DNA of 64,000 nt, taken from Octopus sinensis (lineage: Eukaryota). The translations under genes were made by a program, and so were the position numbers. This document shows, in pieces, positions 54,483-64,000 of this stretch (position 1 is its first letter; every line of letters starts with the position of its first letter). The notes under the pieces were generated by a model. That model did not search any database. It was not told the DNA's origin and was given only the letters and a program-made list of their open reading frames with translations. The stretch spans positions 62,372,001-62,436,000 of the forward strand of contig NC_043005.1 in the NCBI RefSeq assembly GCF_006345805.1. Reading direction: 5' to 3'.

Positions 54483-54571
54483 ATAAATATTAGGGAATAA
54501 ATCCAAATTTACAGGGAAAAAATCAGAGTTAGGATTAAATCCAATTTTATAGTAAAATATTATATTAATAT

Positions 54572-54602
<31 letters not shown>

Positions 54603-55168
54603 CACACACATACATATGCTTCCACATAAACTTCTCTCTCACAAACCTCTCCTGTAAATTTATAATTTTAATATAAAAGAAATGTTATTTAAAAGAAACC
54701 ACTGTAGGATGGAAATATAAAATGCATATTCTTCTCGGTCCCTGATCCCCCGCCCTTTCACCATGTTTTCAGAAATGACTTACACATTTTGCTCCCCTGA
54801 CCTCTCAGAGGTTCTAGCCACTATGTCACCGTAGTGGGAAAATCACCCTTAGAATCCTTGACCTCCCTTCTCATGTTCATTACAATTGTACCTCAGTCTC
54901 GAATTAGGCTTAGCTCAATACAGGCTACTATATACATGCTTATGTTAATTTTCTTATGTTGATGCTGACATCACCTCACATGAGATGAATTTACAGCACA
55001 TGCAAATAGGACTGTTATGTTTAATAATAACAATACTAATATTATTAATAATTGTTTCTAACACTAAGATATAAAAAGTGTTTCAAATTTTGAATAATCT
55101 TTCTAAAATCATAATGATAATTGGTTCTTGTATTTGTTTTGCAAGATTCCTGATGTGAAATTGTGCAT

Positions 55169-55369
55169 TGAAACAAATATCGTTATATTTGAGGATGGCC
55201 ATTTTTTTGCCAATTAACCACACACACTATTTACTTGGTTTTCACTTCAGTTCTATTAATAATTATTATAACTAATAATAAAGCTAAAGTGAAAACCAAG
55301 TGAAAACCAAATGCATGTGGTTAATTAGCAAAAATATGACCATCCCCAAATATAACGATAATTGGTTCA
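55169..55369. mobile_element. Small foldback element/MITE
   Basis: tatcgttatatttgaggatggcc...aattaaccaca...acttggttttcactt (55178-55247) pairs with aagtgaaaaccaagt...tgtggttaatt...gaccatccccaaatataacgata (55287-55360). Confidence 0.75.
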
Positions 55370-55789
55370 TTATGAATTCATTGGGAAGTGAAGAGCAATA
55401 GCAGATTAACTAAAAATAGCATCTATCCATACATGAGTGCTTCCAAGCAATTGTATGAACTCTATCATTTTCTGCGAGGTGTAGAAGACAGTCAGAAACT
55501 AGGGGATCCATCTTCAGAATACACCTCCCTCTATCTATCAGGTTATCGATGTTAGGACAGCTTCCATTAATATCAGTAGAACGAAAAGTTGGGACGATAA
55601 GTTTGCACAGAAGCTGGAACATAGGTAAGGCGATGTTTTGTATGTAAGATGTAAAATGGAAAGGAGCCTCTGCCAGACAACTCACTGACAAGGAACATTG
55701 TTAGATACAAGTGATGGAGTAAATGGGACAGGCATGTTATTAACAAAGACATAGATAGATAAGTAACTGATGCAGATAGGGAGTAATGC

Positions 55790-57182
55790 AATAATATTAC
55801 TAGTTGTCAACAACACAACAGCTATATTTGTCTCTGTTATGTCTAGCAGATAAAGAGAAAGACAACTTTTATGAGACTCTTTGGCAGACCTTCTCCATAA
55901 TGACTAATAGTGACTTTATCTTTGTAGTTGTTGACTTTAATAGACATAATGGAAACATTATGAGGGCTTTACTGGCATTTATGGATGCCTATAACTATGG
56001 TATATGAAATAAGGAAGGATAAATTCTCCTGAAGTACTGAGATTCAAATGATCTGACCATCTACAATACCAGCTTCAAGAAACTGGCTAACCTACTTACC
56101 ACCTACTGATTGTGTTTGGGTGAACACGAAAGATAGATAGGTTTCATTCTCACTAGAAAAAGAGACAAACATTGGGATGTGAATGCTAACTCTACCCCTA
56201 GTGAAGTGAATATACTATCCAACATAGAATAATGGTCAGCGATTTCTGAGTAATTGCCAGGTAGAAACAAACACTTAAGACAATCTAGAAGAGGAAATAG
56301 AAATTGAAAGAGTAAACAACTAGCAACAGGTTTAAAGACAATTAACTGGTGCATATGACATAATAGAAAAGGAGATAGCAATAATTATGTAGAGGGCAAC
56401 TGAGAATTTGTATAGGATAACCTTCTGAGGGAAATAGACCTAACCTGTGGTTGGGGCAAGGTTTCAGCAGAACAAAAAGCAACATGATGGTGGACTAGCT
56501 CAGTGGGTATAACCATAACAGCTTCAAGAAGAGAAGTGAGATATCAGGTATATCTAGTAAAAAGAGAAGGCCAAAGTAGGAAGTTTGTCAATGTCCTAAG
56601 ATGTAAAGATCAGAAGCATAGGATATCTTGGATTGCAAAGCTGTGTGTAAGAGAAAAATCAAGATGTTGCTTGGGGAAGTCGTAAGATGATGGCACTTTT
56701 GTTCTTACAGACAATGAAAAGAAAGAGGCATAGAAGTGCTATTACACGAAACTGTTAAATTAAGAGAATACATTAAAGAAAGATTCTATTAACTTAAAAG
56801 AGGGATCAGCCACAAGAGCAGTGAGGTAGATAAAGTGATTAGGGTTATGAAGGTAAGGAAGGGACCTGGTCTGTTAAGGGTCACAGCTGCATTGTTTGAA
56901 ATATCTGGCAGAGTGGTATATCGGCTGGACACTTGTATAGTAAATCAGGTAGTATAGAAAGGTGTCACAGCCAATGATTGGCAAAGCAACATTGTAATCA
57001 ACTGCTACCAAAGCAAAAGAGACATGTTAGAGAGAGTAAACCAGATTATGAAGGTAACAGAAATTAATTAGAAGGAAAGAAGCAGGTGAAAACTGATGAG
57101 AGGTAAGAAAATATGCTTCAGTGAATTTTGGCTGATTCATACAAGCATTGAAAAAGTAGACATTAAAATGATGATGATGATG
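55790..57182 (+). mobile_element. Decayed RTE-clade LINE ORF (APE endonuclease to RT N-terminus) with deleted remainder and (GAT)n tail
   Basis: EKDNFYETL...FIFVVVDFNRHNG, NTSFKK, IGFILTRK (APE motifs), then GVTANDWQSNIVINCYQSKRD (RT entry). Tail catacaagcattgaaaaagtagacattaaaat(GAT)n. Confidence 0.7.
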
Positions 57183-57219
57183 ACATCAATAATGTCAATG
57201 ATGATGATGATGATGATGA

Positions 57220-57253
<34 letters not shown>

Positions 57254-58139
57254 GGAAGAATTGGTATGATATTTCTCAAATATTGGTAGCGCTAATTCCA
57301 AATCATTTTAATTTTCTAGAGAATGTACACATAAATAAACTAGTGTGGCCTTTGCTTGCTTTCAACAACATCTATGTTTTGTTTGTTATTTGATAAATGA
57401 ATTGCTGTTTATTGTTTTATTTGTTTTGAGGGAAAAAAAAACAAAGAACTTTGACAGTATTTAATTAAAATATGTTTGTCTATCTTTTTCATAAATTCTC
57501 AACAACACTTGTATATAATGCTTCCAGTCTTCTTGGTTCTGAAAATAAACGCACTCATGCACAAACAGATGACTACAGACATAAGCATATTTTTTTTACA
57601 TCTTATTATCTGTGTCTGTAAAGAGTTTAATAACTTTTATACATTCACAAATTTGGATATGAATTGTTGGAAAAATTCAGCTTACTGCTGATGTAAATCC
57701 TTTTATAAGCATATACCTTCCCTATCACCATCAAACAACCAGTTATCAGTTAAGTAAAAGACAACACACATTAACAATTGCATAAGAAATTGTACCTTAC
57801 TAGATGCAAACAACAGCTGTAACTGGCTTAATTTTTTTGCTGTGGAAATATATAATAGGCTGGAGTGTGAAGAATCTGGAAATGGTTTGCATAATCAAAA
57901 ACTGTAGATAGAAATTTGTGAGTCTGGATACTATGGAGAAGATAATGATGTTTCTAGCGTCAGAAAGAGAGAAAAAAAGCAGCTCCTTTTTCTCTTAGGT
58001 AAGCAAATTTAACAAACAGCTAAAACTTTAACTTGAGACATACAATGATACATCAAGATAATGTATGAGAATAGTAAATAATCAAATTAGATGATGCAGC
58101 TAGTTTAGTTATGAGCATACAACTTTATTAGGCAGAAAC

Positions 58140-58378
58140 TTATACTGGTTTCTGTGGCATTTAAGTAAATGAAAGTACAATATTCTCCCCTGTCTTCATG
58201 AATGGGTCACTAGTCTATTGCAGAGTTAAATCTACAGCTGCTATTGGTACCCAGGTTTCAGTAAGTGGGTTGAAGCAATGTGAAATACAGTGCTTTGCTT
58301 AAGGACAAAATACACTGCCCAGTCAAGGAACTGAACACATGATTTACCATGACTTAACACCTTAACCATTAGCTATGA
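58140..58378 (-). mobile_element. Old CORE-like tRNA SINE
   Basis: gtgaaatacagtgctttgcttaaggacaaaatacac...ggaactgaac...accttaaccattagctat. Confidence 0.55.
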
Positions 58379-58514
58379 ACTGTGAAAAGTAAAGACAGTT
58401 CTGGTGATTTAAGTTCTAACTAAATACTTCAAAGCATCTTGCCAAAAGTTCAACTGATTCTAGTAATCTAACATATATACATGTATGTGTATAAAAGCGT
58501 AAAAATTGTGAATG

Positions 58515-58798
58515 ACCATGGGAATACACCTAGAATGTTACTCCCCAAGGCACAAGTCCAGGCAAGGTTGTTTATGCAAACCAGCCTCCCCTCTCCACAC
58601 CACCAACATTATCCAAAGGAAAGGCAAAGACTGATATAGCTTGGTACCAGTGACATTGCCACTCATTTCTACATCTGAGTGAACTGGAGGAATATGAAAT
58701 AAAGTGTCTTGCTCAAGAACACAACACACAGCCTGGTCTGGGAATCGAACTCACTACCACATGACTGTAAGCCCAATGCTCTGACCACTGAGCCATGT
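58515..58798 (-). mobile_element. CORE-like tRNA SINE
   Basis: Minus strand: catggctcagtggtcagagca (A box), gagttcgattcccag (B box), gtgttcttgagcaagacactt (CORE-like). Confidence 0.75.
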
Positions 58799-58832
58799 AA
58801 TCTTTATACACACACGCGCGCGCGCACACACA

Positions 58833-58863
<31 letters not shown>

Positions 58864-59390
58864 CAGATATATATGAAACAAAAAAAATAAATTGTTTCAT
58901 TTACTCAGTCAAAAAGGAGTAGTCTAAAAATACCACTTTCCACATCTTCTGAAGTCACTTAGCCTTTGTACACTTTGAAGTAAACAATTTGAACACTGTC
59001 TTAGCACTATTTTATGATGGTTGAAGTAAACTTAACAAAAATGCTATATTTTTTTGTTTTTATCACCAAAGGAAAAATAAGAACAATGACAATAAAAGTT
59101 ATGACCTGAATTATAATAACTAACTGAGACAACTATAATTTATGTAAAACTGTTAGACAGACTATATTTCAAACGAAATTGTAGTAAATTTATAGGTTTA
59201 TCAAATGGGTGTTGAGCTTCTTTCATCTTTCTAATAGATTACAGTATGATAAGGAATGTCACTGGAATTACTGGGCTGAGGAAAATATAATTATTTAATA
59301 AAAAGTGCAATAAATTCCATTTGATTATTTAGAATTCTACATCACTTTGAAAGTTTCAGCTACAAAACAAATAAAGTAAATGTGACTTAC

Positions 59391-59471
59391 CTGGAAATGT
59401 GGCTTAGCCATGATCTCTCGTAATTCGTCCACATGGAGTTTGTGTTTGTGCTTGCGAAGTGTATTGTATAC
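59391..59471 (-). CDS. Internal coding exon (81 nt, phase 0-0) encoding the L27 domain core of a MAGUK p55/CASK/PALS1-family scaffold protein
   Basis: Minus strand reads ttttgttattactattgcAG | GTATACAAT...CCACATTTCCAG | GTAAGTcac. Translation is VYNTLRKHKHKLHVDELREIMAKPHFQ with no stop. ELxxIxxKPHFQ matches the L27 signature (compare CASK ELKRILTQPHFM and MPP7 ELLKLLSKPNVK, recalled from memory). The paralogue cannot be assigned from 27 aa. Confidence 0.8.
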
Positions 59472-59640
59472 CTGCAATAGTAATAACAAAATATTTAAAT
59501 TGGTCAACTAGGAAAGAAAGGAATTTCTGAAAATGAATAAAAATATGGCACAGGGGAAACAGAGCAATAGAATTTGGAATAGAATTCTAAGGAATCAGAA
59601 ATGGGAGCAGAGGAATTGGTTTATATATATAAATACATAA

Positions 59641-59687
<47 letters not shown>

Positions 59688-59741
59688 TTATATATATATA
59701 TGTGTGTATATATATGTGTGTATATATATGTGTATATACAT

Positions 59742-60390
59742 AGGAGAGCTGTGTGAAGAAGTGTCACTCCTTAACACTGGAAGGAACCCATGGAAGAGGG
59801 AGACCCAGGAAGCACGACCTTTGAATGTTGGGCCTCATAGAGGCAATGACAAGAGACCGAGATCTCTGGAGTATGCTGTGATTGAGAAGACCTGGCATGC
59901 AAAGTGAGATCACAGCCGTACCCTAAACCAGTGTCACATAACCAGCCCATTTAAAAGTACCTTTGAATCATCAGGTGACACTCCCTGCTTGAGAAGACGT
60001 ATTGAGTCAAGTAAAATCAAAATCAAAATCAAAATGGAAACTGAAGTTGTGGGCGATGCCAGTGCTGCCTAATTGACTCCTGTGCTGGTGGCACACAATA
60101 AGCACCATTCATGCATGGGTTGATGCCAGTGCCACCTGAGTGGATCCTTCTGCCAGTGGCATGTAAAAAGCACCATCTGCATGTGGTCAATGCCAGCCTC
60201 CTGGTCCCAACTGGCTCCTGTGCCAGTGGCACATAAAAAGCATCATCCAAACATGGCCGATGCCAATGCCACCTAACTGGATCCTGTGTCAGTGGCATGT
60301 AAAAAGCACCCACTACACACGCTGAGAGGCTGGCTGTAGAAACTATGCCAGATCAGATTGGAGCCTGGTGCAGCCTTCCAGCATGCCCGG
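59742..60390 (+). mobile_element. RTE-clade LINE 3' fragment
   Basis: Collinear with 52840-53530, including the aaatcaaaatc tract and tandem hairpin units. Confidence 0.85.
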
Positions 60391-60427
60391 CCTTAATCGC
60401 GATTAAAGTGGCATAGTTTTTTTTATT

Positions 60428-60710
60428 GTTTTACTTGTTTCAGTCATATGACTGTGGCCATGACGGAGCACCGTCTTTGGTTGAACAAATCCACTACAAG
60501 ATTTATTTTTTGTAATCCTAGTACTTATTCTATCAGTGTATTTTGCCAAACTGCTAAGTTATGGGAATGTAAACATAGCAACATCAGTTGTCAAGCAATG
60601 GTGGGGTTACAAACACAGACACACACACAAATATACACATATATACGACAGTCTTCTTTTAGTTTCTGTGAACAAAATCCACTCACAAGGCTTTGGTCAG
60701 CCTGAGGGTA
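60428..60710 (-). mobile_element. SINE family A, head missing at the Tc1 junction
   Basis: ttacttgtttcagtcatatgactgtggcc ... actcacaaggctttggtcagcctgagg. Confidence 0.8.
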
Positions 60711-60731
60711 TGACATATATATATATATATA

Positions 60732-61773
60732 CAGGGCTTGGACAAAATAATGGAAATACCTAGCATCATAGCACCATAATTTTGAAATATCTATAAAACT
60801 GTCAAAAGTTTGTTTACTTTTAGGTTTTTTGATTTATCATTAGTGTTGCTTAATATGTTTTGCTAAAATTGCTGTTTCTTTTCAGATATCATCAGAAAAA
60901 GATAATTAAAATTCATTAAAATGACAGATCTATTGGACTTTCAAAGAAGTCAAATTGTTGGTGCTAATTTGGTAGGCACTAGTGTAATGAAAATAGCTGA
61001 AATGTTTGGTATATCAAGAAGTACTGTCTCAAAAGTAATGACAGCATTTGAGAAAGAGGGAAAAACCTCCTTGTTGAAACAAAATTCCAGAAGAAAACTG
61101 AAACTTTCAGATAGGGGCAGTTGAAACTTTTACATGAATTGTTAGATAGGATCACAAAAGTACAGCTCCCAAAATTACTGCAGAACCCAGTTTCCACAAA
61201 GCTGCACAAAGCCGGATTTCTTGGGAGGGTTGCAATCAGAAAACCACTACTTTCAAAAGCAAACATTGCAAAGTGTGTAGATTGGAGTAAAAACCTACAG
61301 AATTGGTCCCTAGAACAGTGGAATAATGTTACACTCTCAGACAAGTCATCCTTTACCTTAAATGTGTATACGTGTGGAGACAGCCAAAAGAAGCATTTGA
61401 CCCAGACTGCCTTCTTCTAACTGTTAAACATGGAGGAGGATCTGTGATGATCTTGGGGGCTATATCTTGGAAATTCTCCGGCCTAATGGTTTCCCTTCAT
61501 GGCAGAATTAATAGTCAAGACTATTTAAGCATTTTATCTGATCAAATTCATCCTATGGTGGAACTGTTTCCTGAGGGAAATTCAATCTTTCAGGATGATA
61601 ATGCACCAATTCAAACAGCTAAAGTTGTTACTGAATGGCACAAGGAACTTTCTAGTGAATTCGAACATCTTTTCTGGTCACCACAGTCCCAAAATCTCAA
61701 TATTATTGAATATTTCTGGTGCATTTTAAAAAAACAAGTAAGGAGTCAATATCGTCCACCATCAATAGAATAG
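60732..61773 (+). mobile_element. Tc1-like transposon, decayed (frameshifted) DD36E transposase, right end missing
   Basis: TA|CAGGGCTTGGACAAAATAATGGAAA left end; ATG 60921 (MTDLLDFQRSQIVGA...HTH); WNNVTLSDKSSF; TVKHGGGSVM; FQDDNAP, 36 aa, LNIIE. Split over three frames. Confidence 0.9.
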
Positions 61774-61869
61774 AATAGCTGTCAAAATATTGTTCAAACC
61801 ACTAAAATATCTATTGCAATTACATCGCATTCTTTGTATTGTCTATCATCATCATCATTATTATTATTA

Positions 61870-62327
61870 AGGTAACAAGCTGGCAGAATCATAAGCATGC
61901 TGGGAAAAATGCTTAGCGGTATTTCGTCCATCATCATGTTCTGAGTTCAAAGTCTGCCGTGGTCAACTTTGCCTTTCATCCTTTTGGGGTCAATAAAATA
62001 GGTACCAGTTGAGTACTGGGGGGGGGGGGGTCAATGCAATCGACTTAGCCCCTCCACCGAAATTGCTGGCCTTGTGTCAAAATTTGAAATCATCATTATT
62101 ATTATTATCATTATCAAAAGGTTACGAGCTGGCAGAATCTTTAGTATGCTGGGCGAAATGCTTAGCAGTATTTCATCTATTGCTATGTTCTGAGTTCAAA
62201 TTCCGCTGAAGTCCACTTTGCCTTTCATCCTTTCAGGGTCGATTAAATAAGTACCAGTTATTCACTGGGGTCGATGTAATCAAGTTAATTCCCTCCCCCA
62301 AGCTGCCCTTGTGGCAAAAATTTGAAA

Positions 62328-62330
<3 letters not shown>
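61870..62330 (+). mobile_element. Two tandem SINE family B copies (61870-62090, 62140-62330) ending in (ATT)n
   Basis: Both carry gctggcagaatc...atgcttagc...gttctgagttcaaa...gcctttcatcctt...gtaccagtt...aaatttgaaatc. Confidence 0.85.
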
Positions 62331-62361
<31 letters not shown>

Positions 62362-63405
62362 ACTTTGCCTTTTCTTTATACAAGCAACATCTAAGTCTCA
62401 ACCAGAAACATGAAGGGACAATAAGATTTTGCATCTAAAGATGGTAACAGGTATGTAATTAAAAAAAAGATATCTGAGTGTAAAAAAAAAAAAACTAAAA
62501 ATATCATCACCATCATTCTTATTGACTGGTAGTTGTTATTTCTACTTTCTGATTTGAAATAAACCACACTGGTATATATTGCTTTCGTCACTTCTAGATT
62601 GATTACTTTCTATAAAATACTAGGATTAAGTAATACTACTACATTCTTTCTAATAAGTTAGCTTTGTTTTTGGCACAGCAAATTATTATTGTTGTTGTTA
62701 ATTGTCACATAACCAACTTCTTAAGTAAACAGGTTTCATTTCCTGGTTTTGCATTCTGATCAAGCAGTACAGTTGTTTAAGGCATTTTTATTTATGGTTG
62801 TCTTAGAAAAGATAGTATTATATAATTGTAGAACCAAAGTTACAATATAGTCACCAAATAAGAAATGTCAAATGACATACACCAGATACATTTTGGCCTG
62901 TTGCAAATGTACAGATAACATTTGGGTGCTGAAGGCTTGTACAGTATACTTTTTCTTTAATCTTCTATTAGCTTTCAATACTTGCAAGATTCCACATGTC
63001 AAATGATAAAATAAAATGTGACAAAACACTGGGAAAAAAATAAGAAAATATCCTCAAAGCATTCAGTGAAAGTAGATAGTTACTAATTTCAGTTTGAATG
63101 AAATAGTTATTATATCTAGATGTTATTTCTCATCTCGGTTTCCTTTTATCCAATTGGTGTGGTTATTCTGTCTTCTTTATAATAGTGGTTTGGCTTCCTG
63201 TCAGTTTCTCTCCCAAATTGTGATTTGCTTGAATTTACTTGTCAGTTTGAATATCCTGTTTCCTTGTAGATAGAATTCTTAGATCCTAACAAAAGTGTAC
63301 GCGCACGCGCACACAGAGAATATATTAGTGATTAGGTATCAATTATTTCCATTAATTTATTTACAATTGAAACTATGAAAAGAGAATTTGTTTGTTGTTT
63401 TAAAT

Positions 63406-63662
63406 CAGTGGTTCACAAAGTGGGTGGCACTGCCCCTTTTGGGGGCAGTGGAAAGACCCAGGGGCATGTTGAAGAAAAGTGGAACAATAATGGGGTAGCT
63501 TAATTCAAGAACATTAAAAAAAATGTATTTTAACTTTAATACCTGATATTATATTGTCTGTAAGCAAAGAAAACTATTAATAACTATTTGATATGGACCC
63601 TAAGATTTGTTGTGAAGGGTAGATGAAAAATTTATTATCAGAAGTACGATTGAGAATTGTTT
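63406..63662 (+). mobile_element. hAT-like MITE (left end clear, right end degenerate)
   Basis: CAGTGGTTCACAAAGTGGG terminus typical of hAT/Charlie-like elements. GC hairpin cactgcccc-ttttg-ggggcagtg at 63428-63450. Confidence 0.45.
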
Positions 63663-64000
63663 AACAGTATAAGCTGAAAAGGATTCTTAGCCATGGCTGC
63701 TGAAGCTGGATTCTTTGTAACTACAGCTCATCATGCTGTGAGTATTGTCAATGAAATTGGTGTCTATTCTAACAGTCCTTGATCAGGACAGTGAGAAAAT
63801 TACTGAAAGGATGGACCAATTCAAGCAAATTAGCTAGTGAAGAAAATCTTTATAAGAGATGAATGCAATAACTATACTCAGAAGTAACGTTTATTGCCAC
63901 TTAAACATGGCTGTTCCATAGAAACTAATGTTACTGCTATTTTTAACCCCAGGAGGACGCCTCCTCTAGCAGGTTATTTGATGCAATCTGCACCTGATGT

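Noticed and set aside
60393-60406. Perfect 14-bp palindrome ttaatcgcgattaa
   Set aside because: Isolated motif at a junction between two repeats, probably a DNA-transposon scrap; no further support.

Overview
AT-rich eukaryotic genomic DNA, dense in microsatellites and repeats. The SINE and LINE families resemble those of octopod cephalopods (Octopus; inferred from recalled repeat families, not searched). Almost all listed ORFs are microsatellite read-through or transposon relics. I can support one host exon: an 81-nt, phase 0-0, minus-strand exon at 59391-59471 encoding the core of an L27 domain (MAGUK p55/CASK/PALS1-type). No following exon is visible, so most of the window is probably one intron of more than 59 kb. 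That intron holds several tRNA-derived SINE families, RTE-clade and RLE-type (R4/Dong-like) LINE relics, mariner relics, MITEs/foldbacks and a Helitron 3' end; a decayed DD36E Tc1-like transposase lies just upstream of the exon. The most notable hidden signal is a group of three or four different minimal (Penelope-type) hammerhead ribozyme motifs at 26.1-37.3 kb. One carries the compensatory U3:A8 core and sits in both arms of a near-perfect 217-bp inverted repeat. All calls were made by eye; repeat boundaries are approximate (about +/-20 bp) unless a TSD or TIR is quoted.
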